From positions 1,920,001 through 1,984,000 of the forward strand of contig CBDDPY010000002.1 in NCBI GenBank assembly GCA_965232515.1: a stretch of 64,000 nucleotides of DNA. Direction: 5' to 3'. Made by a program: the position numbers and the translations under genes. Within the stretch, counting starts at the first letter, position 1. Each line of letters opens with the position of its first letter. Source of the stretch: Alphaproteobacteria bacterium. GTDB lineage: Bacteria > Pseudomonadota > Alphaproteobacteria > GCA-2731375. Shown in pieces: positions 55,082 to 64,000 of this stretch. The notes beneath the pieces were generated by a model. That model did not search any database and was not told the DNA's origin. It saw nothing but the letters and a program-made list of their open reading frames with translations.

Positions 55082-55900
55082 TCAGTGCGACATCAGCACC
55101 GGCACCGTCATCGATTGCAGGATCCGGCGAGTGGCGCCGCCAAGGGCCAGCTCGCGAATCCGCGAATGACCGTAGCCGCCCATCACCAGCACGTCGCATT
55201 CGTTGTCGGACAACGCCGACAGCAGCGCGTCGCCGACATCGAGGTCGGGCGCGACGATGCGTTTGACCTCGACCTTCACGTTGTGACGCGCAAGATGGGT
55301 CCCGATCTCGGCGCCGGAAAGATGCGAATCGTCCCGCGGATTGACGCTCTGCACCACGACCTCGTCTGCCGCCATCAGGAACGGCAAGGCGTCGTGCACG
55401 GCGCGTGCCGCCTGGGCCGACGCGTTCCATGCGACCAGGACCCGCCGGCCGAACGAGTTCGCCGCGCCGATATAGGGCGCGATCAGCAGCGGCCGCCCCG
55501 ACGACATCAGCAGATTGTCCGCCATGTTGTCATAGGGCGTCGGCGTATCCGGATCGGCCTGCGGCACCACCGCCAGATCGGCATAGTGGGCCGACTGGTT
55601 CATGGCGTCGATCGCGTCGCCTTCCATCAGGCGCCACTCGCCCTCGACCTCCGCGTCGCTCAGCCGTTTCAGGAACACCGGTTCCGCGGCCGCGGCCTTT
55701 TCCCGCTGCGCCGCCATCTGCTGTTCCAAGATCTCGCGGCCGACCTCGACCTGCATGTAGGTCGGCAGCGCCGGGTAGGTCAGCACATGCAGTCCGGTCA
55801 GACGCGCGCCGTGCCGCTTGGCGGCCGAGACCGCGATATCCATGCGGGTGTCGTTGTGCGGATCGTTGCCGTGATAGACCAGGATGTCGCGGATCGCCAT
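55082..55900 (-). CDS. Universal stress protein (tandem USP domains)
   Basis: IRDILV, VLVAWN.S..A.RAV.DA, VMGGYGHSR..E..LGGAT, PVLMSH. Confidence 0.92.
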   Translation of the reverse strand: MAIRDILVYHGNDPHNDTRMDIAVSAAKRHGARLTGLHVLTYPALPTYMQVEVGREILEQQMAAQREKAAAAEPVFLKRLSDAEVEGEWRLMEGDAIDAMNQSAHYADLAVVPQADPDTPTPYDNMADNLLMSSGRPLLIAPYIGAANSFGRRVLVAWNASAQAARAVHDALPFLMAADEVVVQSVNPRDDSHLSGAEIGTHLARHNVKVEVKRIVAPDLDVGDALLSALSDNECDVLVMGGYGHSRIRELALGGATRRILQSMTVPVLMSH

Positions 55901-55988
55901 GGGCCTCTCCTTCTTACGTTACGGGCAGCCTTGCCGGACAGTCCGGCGACGCCTGCAACCGTGATAGGGCGCGGATCGGCCCAAGAAA

Positions 55989-56002
55989 TTGATATCGATC
56001 AA
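55989..56002. promoter_or_regulatory. FNR/FixK box (perfect TTGAT-N4-ATCAA)
   Basis: TTGAT atcg ATCAA, about 90 nt upstream of the USP start. Confidence 0.8.
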
Positions 56003-56048
56003 GGCGAGTGAAACGCGGCGGCAGATCCAAACCGTTGGGATCGGCCAA

Positions 56049-56420
56049 TCAATCCCCCGTTGGCGGCTCGACCGCGCCCAACAGATCCTCGACCACGACA
56101 CGAAGCCGCCCCAGCGCCGCGCGCATGCGATCGAGATGGGCCGCGCGGCCCTCGGTCACGCCGCCGACCATGGCCTCCGCATCCTCAGCCAGACCCGCGA
56201 CTTCCCAGGCGCCAAGACCGCGCGCCGCCCCTTTCATGCCATGGGCGGAGCGATGCCAGATCTCGTCCGTCTCGGCCGCCGCCATGGTTTGCAAATGCGC
56301 GTCCGCGTCGGGAAAGAACATGCCGAACAGCTGACGCTCCAGATCCTCGTCGCCCTCGGTATAACGGCGCAGATGTTTCAGATCGAGCGGCGCTGCGTCG
56401 TCGCGATCGGTCGCTGTCAC
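56049..56420 (-). CDS. Stand-alone Hpt domain protein
   Basis: PLD..HL..YT.GD..LE, W...AHGMKGAARGLGA; GGAGG RBS, GTG start. Confidence 0.85.
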   Translation of the reverse strand: MTATDRDDAAPLDLKHLRRYTEGDEDLERQLFGMFFPDADAHLQTMAAAETDEIWHRSAHGMKGAARGLGAWEVAGLAEDAEAMVGGVTEGRAAHLDRMRAALGRLRVVVEDLLGAVEPPTGD

Positions 56421-56450
56421 GAATACCCTCCCGGCAATGGCCGCGCGGGC

Positions 56451-58481
56451 CTAAAACAGGCCGCGAATGGCGTCGGCAATGCGTTCCTGCGACGGGATCA
56501 CCTGCCGCTCCAGCTCGTCATTGTACGGCATCGGCACGTCGAGCGCGCCAACCCGCGTGATCGGCGCGTCGAGATAATCGAACGCCTTCTCGACCACCAC
56601 GGCCGCCACTTCCGCGCCGAAACCGCCCTTTGTCCAGGCCTCGTGCGCGATCACCAGCCGGTTGGTCTTGCGCACCGAGGCCAGGATCGTCGCCTCGTCG
56701 AGCGGCCGGAGCGTGCGCGGGTCGACCACCTCGACGCTGATGCCCTCGCGCTCGAGCTGTCGGGCCGCGGCCAGCGCCCGCGGCACCATCGACAGCGTCG
56801 CGACCACGGTGACATCCGTGCCTTCGCGCTTCACGTCGGCCTTGCCGAGCGGGATGGCGTATGCCTCCTCCGGCACCGGACCGTTCGATTCCAGGTACAG
56901 CATCTTCTGTTCCAGGAAGATCACCGGATTGTCGTCGCGGATCGAGGCGGCCAGCAGGCCCTTGGCGTCGTACGGCGTCGACGGCGCCACCACGACCAGC
57001 CCCGGCACGTGCGTGAACCAGGCTTCCAGGCTCTGGCTGTGCTGGGCCGCCAGGCGAATGCCGCCGCCCTGCGGGCCACGCACCACCAGCGGCACGGTCG
57101 GCTTGCCGCCCAGCATATAGCGGAACTTGGCCGCCTGGTTGACCAGCATGTCCATGGTCAGCGCCACGAAGTCGAAGATCTGGATCTCGACCACCGGCCG
57201 CAAACCGGCGATGGCGGCGCCGACGCCGCAGCCCGCGAACGTCGCTTCCGAGATCGGCGTGTCGCGGACGCGTTCCGAACCGAACGCGTCCATCAGCCCT
57301 TTCGAGACGCCGAAGATGCCGCCCGTGGCGCCGACATCCTCGCCCATCAGCAGAACGTTTCCGTCCCGCGCCATCTCCTGCCGCAGCGCTTCGTTCAGCG
57401 CCTCGACGAAAGCCAGCTCGCGGTCCGTCGCGGCCGCGCCCGGTTCGGCATAGTCGGCGTGCGGCGCATAAACCGCGTCCTCCATCATCGCGCGGACCGG
57501 TTCCGGACTGTCGTTGCCGAAGGCGACGGCCTTGTCCAGCTCCGCCTCCGCCTCGGCGGCGATCTCGCCCAGGCGCTTCTTCGCCAGCAGCCGGCCACGG
57601 CCGATCTCCGTCTCCATGCGCTTGATCGGATCGCGCGCCACCCACTCGTCGTATTCGTCCTGCGGCCGCGGATCGGCCAGGTTGGCGCGCATCGAATGCT
57701 GTCCCCAGCGATAGGTCATGGCCTCGATCAGGGTCGGCCCCCCACCCTCGCGGGCGCGCGCCACCGCATCGCCGACCACGTTGTAGACCTCGACCGCATC
57801 GTTACCGTCGACGGTCAGTCCCGGCATGTCATAGCCCACCGCCCGGATCGAGATTTGTTGCACCGAGGTCGAGTTCCGGTAGGACGTCGTCAGCGCATAT
57901 TGGTTGTTCTCGCAGACGAACACCACCGGCAGGTTCCAGACCGAGGCCAGGTTCAGTGACTCGTGAAAAATGCCCTGGTTGGACGCGCCGTCGCCGAAGA
58001 ACGCCACGACCACTTGGCCCTGATCGCGCAGCTTCGCCGCCAGGCCGGCGCCCGTGCAGAGCGGCATCGCCGCGCCGACGATACCGTTGGCGCCCAGGAT
58101 GTTCAGGTCCATGTCGGCGATGTGCATCGAGCCGCCGAGCCCCCGGCAATAACCGGTGTCGCGGCCCATCAGCTCGGCCATCATCTTGTCGACATCGGCG
58201 CCTTTGGCGATGCAGTGGCCGTGGCCGCGGTGATAGCTGCCGATGAAATCGTCGTCGTTCAGGTTGGCGCAGACGCCGGCCGCGATCGCTTCCTCGCCGA
58301 TATAGCTGTGCGCCGTACCCTTGACGATGCCTTCGTTGAACAGCTTGACGGTGCGCTCCTCGAAGGCGCGGATGCGCCGCATCGTGGTGTAGAGCCGTTC
58401 GGCCTCGGCCCGGCTGACCGACATGTTGCCGCGCGCCGGCGCGGTGCGTTTCTTCGCCGTCCTGCTCGCCGCCGTCGCCAT
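56451..58481 (-). CDS. 2-oxoacid/acetoin dehydrogenase E1, fused alpha and beta subunits
   Basis: [21 protein letters not shown]...NNQY (TPP motif), then GEDV, DTPISE, QHSQ, VVDPRTL.PLD. Confidence 0.9.
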   Translation of the reverse strand: MATAASRTAKKRTAPARGNMSVSRAEAERLYTTMRRIRAFEERTVKLFNEGIVKGTAHSYIGEEAIAAGVCANLNDDDFIGSYHRGHGHCIAKGADVDKMMAELMGRDTGYCRGLGGSMHIADMDLNILGANGIVGAAMPLCTGAGLAAKLRDQGQVVVAFFGDGASNQGIFHESLNLASVWNLPVVFVCENNQYALTTSYRNSTSVQQISIRAVGYDMPGLTVDGNDAVEVYNVVGDAVARAREGGGPTLIEAMTYRWGQHSMRANLADPRPQDEYDEWVARDPIKRMETEIGRGRLLAKKRLGEIAAEAEAELDKAVAFGNDSPEPVRAMMEDAVYAPHADYAEPGAAATDRELAFVEALNEALRQEMARDGNVLLMGEDVGATGGIFGVSKGLMDAFGSERVRDTPISEATFAGCGVGAAIAGLRPVVEIQIFDFVALTMDMLVNQAAKFRYMLGGKPTVPLVVRGPQGGGIRLAAQHSQSLEAWFTHVPGLVVVAPSTPYDAKGLLAASIRDDNPVIFLEQKMLYLESNGPVPEEAYAIPLGKADVKREGTDVTVVATLSMVPRALAAARQLEREGISVEVVDPRTLRPLDEATILASVRKTNRLVIAHEAWTKGGFGAEVAAVVVEKAFDYLDAPITRVGALDVPMPYNDELERQVIPSQERIADAIRGLF

Positions 58482-58554
58482 GCCGTGTCCCTCCCCGTTT
58501 TGTTGTTTCGCTTCTTGTTAGGCCGCCGATCCTAGCAGCGGGCCGCGCCGGCGC

Positions 58555-58962
58555 TCAATGCGCCGTGGCGGGCGCCTCGAACAACCGGTCGATAATCGGG
58601 CAATCGGGTCGCTGATCGTCGTCGCAAAGCGCCGCCATCTCGACCAGCGTGCGTTCGATCCGTTGCAACTCCGCAATCTTGTCCCGCACCACGCTGACCT
58701 GCGCCAGCGTCCGCTCGCGCACCTGACGGCAGACGACGCCATCGGTGTCGACGAGATTCAGCAGCTCGCGGATTTCTTCCAGGCTGAAGCCCAGATCGCG
58801 TCCCCGCCGCACGAAGGTCAGGCGCCGCAGGTGATCCGTATCGTAGAGACGATGACCGCCGTCGCTGCGCGGCGGCGGCGGCAGCAGACCGATGCGTTCG
58901 TAGTAACGGATGGTCTCGACATGACAGCCGGTTCGTTTCGACAGCACGCCTATCGTCAGCAT
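58555..58962 (-). CDS. MerR-family metal-responsive regulator (Hg/Cd/Pb/Zn type, three Cys)
   Basis: LTIG.LS..TG..VETIRYYE.IGLLP, GHRLY, LGFSL.EIRELL; Cys in VVCRQ and C-x7-C (CDDDQRPDCPII). Confidence 0.9.
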   Translation of the reverse strand: MLTIGVLSKRTGCHVETIRYYERIGLLPPPPRSDGGHRLYDTDHLRRLTFVRRGRDLGFSLEEIRELLNLVDTDGVVCRQVRERTLAQVSVVRDKIAELQRIERTLVEMAALCDDDQRPDCPIIDRLFEAPATAH

Positions 58963-58978
58963 ATTAGCAACCCCGTGC

Positions 58979-59009
58979 TTGAACCTGTAGCAGCTACGGG
59001 CCGCATAGT
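58979..59009 (+). promoter_or_regulatory. MerR-type promoter/operator (TTGAAC-19 bp-CATAGT)
   Basis: Over-long 19-bp spacer containing the dyad CCTGTAGC-A-GCTACGGG; divergent from merR. Confidence 0.8.
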
Positions 59010-59035
59010 ATCACGGCGGCGATCACGGCACGGCG

Positions 59036-59152
59036 GTGACGACGAATGGCAAGGCTGAGCCCACCCTCCCCAAGGGGTCGATGGGCGGCTCTCACAGCCA
59101 GGCTACATGTTGGGGTCTATCCGCCGGCGGTTGGTCGCCGCATCTTTCTTCA
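59036..59152 (+). pseudogene. Probable remnant of a MerT-like membrane transporter gene
   Basis: Directly after the MerR promoter: GTG-started peptide ending ...WGLSAGG, then LVAASFF in a shifted frame, abutting the stop of the convergent cyclase. Confidence 0.35.
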
Positions 59153-60439
59153 GTCGCCGGCGCCGTAGATCTGCACCGGCTGCTGTCGGCCGCGGAGTTG
59201 CGCCGGCGGCAGCGGCGTCCAGTCCGCCGTCGCCCCGCCGGCCGCGTCGAGCAGATCCTGGGAGACGATCAGCGGCCGGCCGGCGCGCTTCGTTTCCTCC
59301 TCCAACCGGGCTGCGACGTTGACGGTATCGCCCAGCACGGCGAACTCCAGCCGGTTGTCGTCGCCGACCGCGCCGCAGAACACCTCGCCCCAGTGAATGC
59401 CAATGCCAGCCGAGACCGGGTCGCTCCCCTCGGCCGCGCGTGCCGCGCTCCACGCGGCAAGCGACGCCAGGATCGCCCTGCCGCAGGCGACGGCGCGCGC
59501 GGCGTCTTCCGATCTCGGCGACGGCAGTCCGAACACCACCATCACCGCATCGCCGATGAACTTGTCGATGACGCCGCCATGGGCCTCCACTGCCGCCGCC
59601 ACGCGCTGGCGGAAGGCACCGGTGAAACGGCCGAGATCGGTCGGGTTCATGCTCTCGGCGCGCTGCGTAAACCCGCGCATGTCGACGAACATCACCGCCG
59701 CCGGCTGGCGCCAACCCCGGCGGATGTCGCCGGCGTCGGCGTCGACCACCATGCCGGCGACCTGCGGCGGCAGATAGCGCGTCAGGCTGTCCCGTCGCCG
59801 CGTCTCGTCGATCGCGCGCAGCAGCATGGCGCGCGACCGGGTGACGGCGATCGTCAGCACCAGTCCGGCCAGCAGCAGCATCACCAAGCGCATGACATTG
59901 GGCGGCAACTGAAACAGCGGCAGAAGACCGACCGGCGGCGCCAGCGGCGCGCTGTCGCCGGATGGCGCACCGGCGACGGCCAAATAGCCGATGCCGCCGA
60001 CCAGCAGCAGCGCCACATAGGCGACCAGGCGCGGCTCGTAACGCATGGCGCCGAAGGCCAGCACCAGCGGCGTCAGCCATACCACTGGCAGGCTGACGGC
60101 ATAATTGGCCGAGACCTCGGTGTTGCGGATGCCGAGCTCCAGGCTGACGAGTATGAACACGACATCGAGCGTCGCCACGACCCATGACATCCAGGGTCTG
60201 TAAAGGCCCGGTCGCGACAGCCAGAAGGCGACGATGCCGAGCAGCAGATAGGCCGAGACCGTCGCTTCGGCAACGATCAGCTGTTCATGCACCAGCGCGC
60301 CTTGGCGCCGTGCCGGTCCGACCACCACCAGCAGCAGGCTGCCCAACAACAGCGCCGAGACGACGATCCGGACGATGGCGCCGATGCGTTCGGCGCGCAC
60401 TTCGGATTCCGCGAACAGGCGTTGCGCGAAGGGGTCCAC
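59150..60439 (-). CDS. Membrane-anchored class III nucleotide cyclase
   Basis: About 6 TM; VMFVDMRGFT, IDKFIGDAVM, FAVLGDTVNVAARLE, LRGR; GTG start. Confidence 0.88.
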   Translation of the reverse strand: MDPFAQRLFAESEVRAERIGAIVRIVVSALLLGSLLLVVVGPARRQGALVHEQLIVAEATVSAYLLLGIVAFWLSRPGLYRPWMSWVVATLDVVFILVSLELGIRNTEVSANYAVSLPVVWLTPLVLAFGAMRYEPRLVAYVALLLVGGIGYLAVAGAPSGDSAPLAPPVGLLPLFQLPPNVMRLVMLLLAGLVLTIAVTRSRAMLLRAIDETRRRDSLTRYLPPQVAGMVVDADAGDIRRGWRQPAAVMFVDMRGFTQRAESMNPTDLGRFTGAFRQRVAAAVEAHGGVIDKFIGDAVMVVFGLPSPRSEDAARAVACGRAILASLAAWSAARAAEGSDPVSAGIGIHWGEVFCGAVGDDNRLEFAVLGDTVNVAARLEEETKRAGRPLIVSQDLLDAAGGATADWTPLPPAQLRGRQQPVQIYGAGD

Positions 60440-60449
60440 GTTCGGGACC

Positions 60450-61661
60450 TCAGATCTGTCGGGCCGTTTCGCGCGGCGCCCAGATGGCCTGCGGTTCGGC
60501 CACGCCCTTGAGCTTGTGCGCACCCAGCGGCCGCACCTGGCCGCGCAAGCGTTCGGCGAAGTCAGCCGACAGCAGCACCGGTTCGTTCAGCACCCGGGTC
60601 TGCTCTTCGATGCGCGTCACCAGGTTCACGGCCGGGCCGATCACCGTGAAGTCGAGCCGGTCCTCGGCGCCGATATTGCCGTACAGCACGTCGCCCACAT
60701 GCAGGGCGAGGCCGAACTCGATCACCGGGCGGCCGTCCTGCTTGCGCGCCTGGTTCAGCGCCGCCGCGCCGGCGATGGCCTCGGCCGCGGCATCCAGCGC
60801 GGCGGCGCAGACGCCCGCTTCACGCGACGCGTCGGGAATCGGAAACACGGCCAGCATGGCGTCGCCGATGAACTTCAGCACCTCGCCGCTCTGCGCCTGC
60901 ACGGCCGCCGCCATGCAGCCGAAATAATCGTTCAGCAGACCGATCAGATCGTCGCGCGGCAGCCAGTCCGACAGCGGCGTGAAGCCGCGCATGTCGCAGT
61001 ACCACAGCACCGCGTGAATAGTCTCGCCGTCGCCGCGCAGGATGCGGCCCTCCAGCACGCGCTCGCCGGCCTGGTGTCCGACATAGGTATCGAGCAGGTT
61101 GATCGCGGTGGTGCGCCGGCTGTGGATTTCCATGATCCGCGCGAACAGAAAGCTGAGCGCGTACATGCGGTCGAGATCCTGCCGCGAGAACCCGCCGGGC
61201 CGGTCGCTGGTCACGCTCAACGCGTCGATATGCCCGTCGGTGAACGTCACCGGCATGACGACATAGTCCGTCGCGCCCTCGTCTTTCAACTCGCGCAGCA
61301 CCGGGAACGAGACTTCCGCCTCGCCCTCCAGCCGCACGCGCTGCGCCCCACCGCCCTCGAACACGCGCGGCAGCGGGTTGTCGAGATAGTCCGATGTGCC
61401 GATCAGCGAATGCGGCGCCTGGGCCGACTCGACGCCGCGCCCGCGGCGCCAGAAATAGCCGGTGCCCAGATAGGCCGGATGCAGCGTGAGTTGGAAATAG
61501 CCCAAGCGGTAGAGCGGAATGCCGGCGGCCACCAGCTGCTCGCCCGTGGCCGCGATCAGGGTCTCGGTATCGGTGATGCGATAGGCGTCCCGCACGAACC
61601 AGCGGGCGACCGGATCGCCGTAGTCGAAATCATCGTTGGCGTCTGTCTGCGTCTCGGCCAC
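60450..61661 (-). CDS. Soluble class III adenylate cyclase with N-terminal GAF-like region
   Basis: TLHP, LWYCDMRGFT, VLKFIGDAML, DFTVIGPAVN..TRIE, LKGV. Confidence 0.88.
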   Translation of the reverse strand: MAETQTDANDDFDYGDPVARWFVRDAYRITDTETLIAATGEQLVAAGIPLYRLGYFQLTLHPAYLGTGYFWRRGRGVESAQAPHSLIGTSDYLDNPLPRVFEGGGAQRVRLEGEAEVSFPVLRELKDEGATDYVVMPVTFTDGHIDALSVTSDRPGGFSRQDLDRMYALSFLFARIMEIHSRRTTAINLLDTYVGHQAGERVLEGRILRGDGETIHAVLWYCDMRGFTPLSDWLPRDDLIGLLNDYFGCMAAAVQAQSGEVLKFIGDAMLAVFPIPDASREAGVCAAALDAAAEAIAGAAALNQARKQDGRPVIEFGLALHVGDVLYGNIGAEDRLDFTVIGPAVNLVTRIEEQTRVLNEPVLLSADFAERLRGQVRPLGAHKLKGVAEPQAIWAPRETARQI

Positions 61662-61677
61662 GGCCGCTGACGACGGG

Positions 61678-62718
61678 CTAGCTTAGCCGTCCCTCTTCCA
61701 CCGCGTGACAGGCGACATGTGTGTCGTCGAACACGCGCAGCACGGGCCGCTCGGCGGCGCAGCGCTCGTTCGCGTGCGGGCAGCGCGGGTGAAACGGGCA
61801 GCCCGTCGGCGGATTGATCGGGCTCGGCACCTCGCCCGCCACTGGCACGCGTTGGCGGCCGGTCATCTCCAGATCCGGAATCGCGTCCAGCAGCATGCGC
61901 GTGTAGGGATGCTTCGGCTGATTGAACAACGTCTTGGTGTCGGCCCATTCGACCAGCCGGCCGAGATACATCACGCCGACCGTGGTCGAGACGTGATAGA
62001 CCACGGCCAGGTCGTGGCTGATGAACAGATAGGTCAGGTTGAAGCTACGCTGCAGCTCCTTCATCAGGTTCAGGATCTGCGACTGCACCGAGACGTCGAG
62101 CGCCGAGGTCGGCTCGTCGCAGATCAGGAATTCGGGCTCGCCCGCCAGCGCCCGGGCGATCGAGATCCGCTGCCGCTGACCGCCGGAGAATTCGTGCGGA
62201 TACTTCTCGCCGTCCTTCGGCGACAGGCCGACCTGGGTCAGCAGCTCGCCGACACGCTGATTGATCTGCGCCTTGTCCGTCAGCAGACGCCGGGCGTAGA
62301 TCGGCTCCGCGATGATGTTGGTGACGCGCCAGCGCGGGTTTAACGAGGCGTAAGGATCCTGAAAGATCATCTGCATGCGCGACTGCACGCCCTGTCGGAA
62401 GCTGCGTGCGCCGGGCTGGCCCATATCGATGCCGTCGTAGACGATGCTGCCGTCGGTCGGCCGGTAGAGCCCGACGATCAGCCGCGCCACCGTCGACTTG
62501 CCGCAGCCGGATTCGCCCACCAGGCTGAAGGTCTCGCCGCGGCCGATCTCGAAACTGACGCCGTCGACGGCTTTCACCACGGCCCGGCCGGTGCGTTCGA
62601 TCAGCCGGTTCAGAAGCGGCGGCGAGACGTCGAAATAGCGGGCGAGATCGTCGACCTTGACCAGCGTCCGCGCATCGGCGGGCTGGGCGTCGGTGGTCAC
62701 GGCGGCAGTATCAGTCAC
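61678..62718 (-). CDS. dppF: Dipeptide/oligopeptide ABC transporter ATP-binding subunit
   Basis: [39 protein letters not shown]. Confidence 0.9.
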   Translation of the reverse strand: MTDTAAVTTDAQPADARTLVKVDDLARYFDVSPPLLNRLIERTGRAVVKAVDGVSFEIGRGETFSLVGESGCGKSTVARLIVGLYRPTDGSIVYDGIDMGQPGARSFRQGVQSRMQMIFQDPYASLNPRWRVTNIIAEPIYARRLLTDKAQINQRVGELLTQVGLSPKDGEKYPHEFSGGQRQRISIARALAGEPEFLICDEPTSALDVSVQSQILNLMKELQRSFNLTYLFISHDLAVVYHVSTTVGVMYLGRLVEWADTKTLFNQPKHPYTRMLLDAIPDLEMTGRQRVPVAGEVPSPINPPTGCPFHPRCPHANERCAAERPVLRVFDDTHVACHAVEEGRLS

Positions 62719-63718
62719 CGGCGGCGGCCCTCCGTTCCTCGGCGTCGTAGAGATGGCAGGCCACATAGGACGCCTCGACCGGCTGCAGGTCGGGCCGGTC
62801 GTGATAGCAGCGGTCGAAGACCTTCGGACAACGCGGATTGAAAGCGCAGCCGGCCGGGATCTCGGTCAGCCGCGGCATCGCCCCTTGGATCTGCGTCAAC
62901 TCGTCGACATCGTGGCCGATATGCGGGATCGAGCCCATCAAGCCGTGCGTGTAGGGATGCTTGGCGTTGCGCACGACCTCGCGCACCGGGCCGATTTCGG
63001 CGATGCGGCCGGAATACATCACCGCCACGCGGTCGGCGGCTTCGGCAATCACGCCCATGTCGTGCGTCACCAGCATCACCGCGGTCTGGTGTTCCTTGCA
63101 GAGCCGCTTCAGCAGGCTGATGATCTGCGCCTGGATCGAGACGTCGAGCGCCGTCGTCGGCTCGTCGGCGATGATCAGCCGCGGCTCGGCGCATAGCGCC
63201 AGCGCGATCACCACCCGCTGGCGCATGCCACCCGAGAACTGATGCGGATAGTGGTCGACGCGTTCCTCGGCGCTCGGAATGCCGACCTCCTTCAAGAGCT
63301 CGATGGCGCGCGCGCGGGCGTCCTTCTCGCTCAGCGGCAGGTGAGTCATGATCGTTTCGACCAGCTGCCGGCTCACCGTGTAGAGCGGGTTCAGACTGGT
63401 CAGCGGGTCCTGGAAGATGGCGCCGATGCGCCGCCCGCGGATGCGCCGCATCTCTTCGTACGGCAGATTGTCGATGCGCTGTCCCTCGAGCAGGATCTGC
63501 CCCTCGGCGATCCGGCCGGGCGGCTCCAGCAGGCCGATGATGGCCGCGCCCGTCAGCGACTTGCCGGCGCCGGACTCGCCGACCACGCCCAGCACCTCGC
63601 CCGGATCGATATGCAGCGACACATCGTTGACGGCGACCAGCGTGCCGCGCCGCGTCGGGAACTCGATCCGGAGGTTCTTGACCTCCAGCAGGGGTTGATT
63701 GGCGGGTACCGCGGCCAT
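62711..63718 (-). CDS. dppD: Dipeptide/oligopeptide ABC transporter ATP-binding subunit
   Basis: GESGAGKS, FQDPLTSLNP, FSGGMRQR, DEPTTALD, GCAFNPRC. Confidence 0.9.
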   Translation of the reverse strand: MAAVPANQPLLEVKNLRIEFPTRRGTLVAVNDVSLHIDPGEVLGVVGESGAGKSLTGAAIIGLLEPPGRIAEGQILLEGQRIDNLPYEEMRRIRGRRIGAIFQDPLTSLNPLYTVSRQLVETIMTHLPLSEKDARARAIELLKEVGIPSAEERVDHYPHQFSGGMRQRVVIALALCAEPRLIIADEPTTALDVSIQAQIISLLKRLCKEHQTAVMLVTHDMGVIAEAADRVAVMYSGRIAEIGPVREVVRNAKHPYTHGLMGSIPHIGHDVDELTQIQGAMPRLTEIPAGCAFNPRCPKVFDRCYHDRPDLQPVEASYVACHLYDAEERRAAAGD

Positions 63719-63726
63719 GACGCTTC

Positions 63727-64000
63727 TTACCTCAGCTTCGGATTGAGGGCGTCGCGCAGCCAGTCGCCCAGAAGGTTCACCGCCAGCACCAGGATCGCCA
63801 GCGTCGCGCCCGGGAAGATCACGATCCACCATTCGCCGGAGAACAGAAAGTCCTGGCCGATCCGGATCAGCGTGCCCAAGGACGGCTCGGTCGGCGGCAC
63901 GCCGACGCCCAGGAACGACAGCGTCGCCTCGCTCAGGATCGCCACCGCCAGGCTGATGGTGGCGATCACCAGCACCGGTCCCATGACGTTCGGCAGCACA
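63727..64000 (-). CDS. dppC: Dipeptide/oligopeptide ABC transporter permease, 3' part only
   Basis: LPNV, EATLSFLG.G, WW...FPG, NLLGDWLRDALNP; truncated by the window edge. Confidence 0.9.
   Translation of the reverse strand, partial: VLPNVMGPVLVIATISLAVAILSEATLSFLGVGVPPTEPSLGTLIRIGQDFLFSGEWWIVIFPGATLAILVLAVNLLGDWLRDALNPKLR

Noticed and set aside
59036-60187. 383-aa + strand ORF as the MerR target
   Set aside because: Beyond the first ~38 codons it is the antisense of the cyclase gene and has no transporter or metal-binding motifs.
5482-61661. Cyclases plus NUDIX/MBL enzymes as a Pycsar- or CBASS-like defence system
   Set aside because: The cyclases resemble ordinary signalling class III enzymes, no adjacent cNMP-binding effector (TIR or TM) was found, and there is no defence-island context.

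Overview
High-GC bacterial chromosomal segment, most likely from an alphaproteobacterium of Rhodospirillales-like character (gene content, CtrA- and FixK-type boxes, alphaproteobacterial REP-like palindromes). It holds about 60 protein genes and no detectable rRNA, tRNA, CRISPR array, transposase, integrase or prophage. Content is mostly catabolic and transport genes: amino-acid, peptide and TRAP uptake systems, an ABC exporter, many SDR/CoA enzymes, three class III nucleotide cyclases and an ECF42-type sigma module. Best non-obvious signals: (1) a near-canonical c-di-GMP-I (GEMM) riboswitch at 3480-3570, just downstream of CtrA boxes, whose P1 helix would sequester the Shine-Dalgarno of a stand-alone MlaC/Ttg2D-like gene; (2) a nicotinate-type cluster (Mo-hydroxylase, 6-hydroxynicotinate reductase, ApbE-like UPF0280) followed by an ATP-dependent hydantoinase/oxoprolinase pair rather than an enamidase, next to a 2-oxoacid:ferredoxin oxidoreductase, an FNR-like reductase and a MarR; (3) an FNR-like gene whose only plausible start is AUU; (4) an ECF42 mini-regulon with two matching promoters, one target carrying a TGG>TGA nonsense codon; (5) a MerR with an intact 19-bp-spacer promoter but only a gene remnant downstream; (6) six different intergenic palindromic elements. 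All calls come from reading motifs by eye; no database searches were run.
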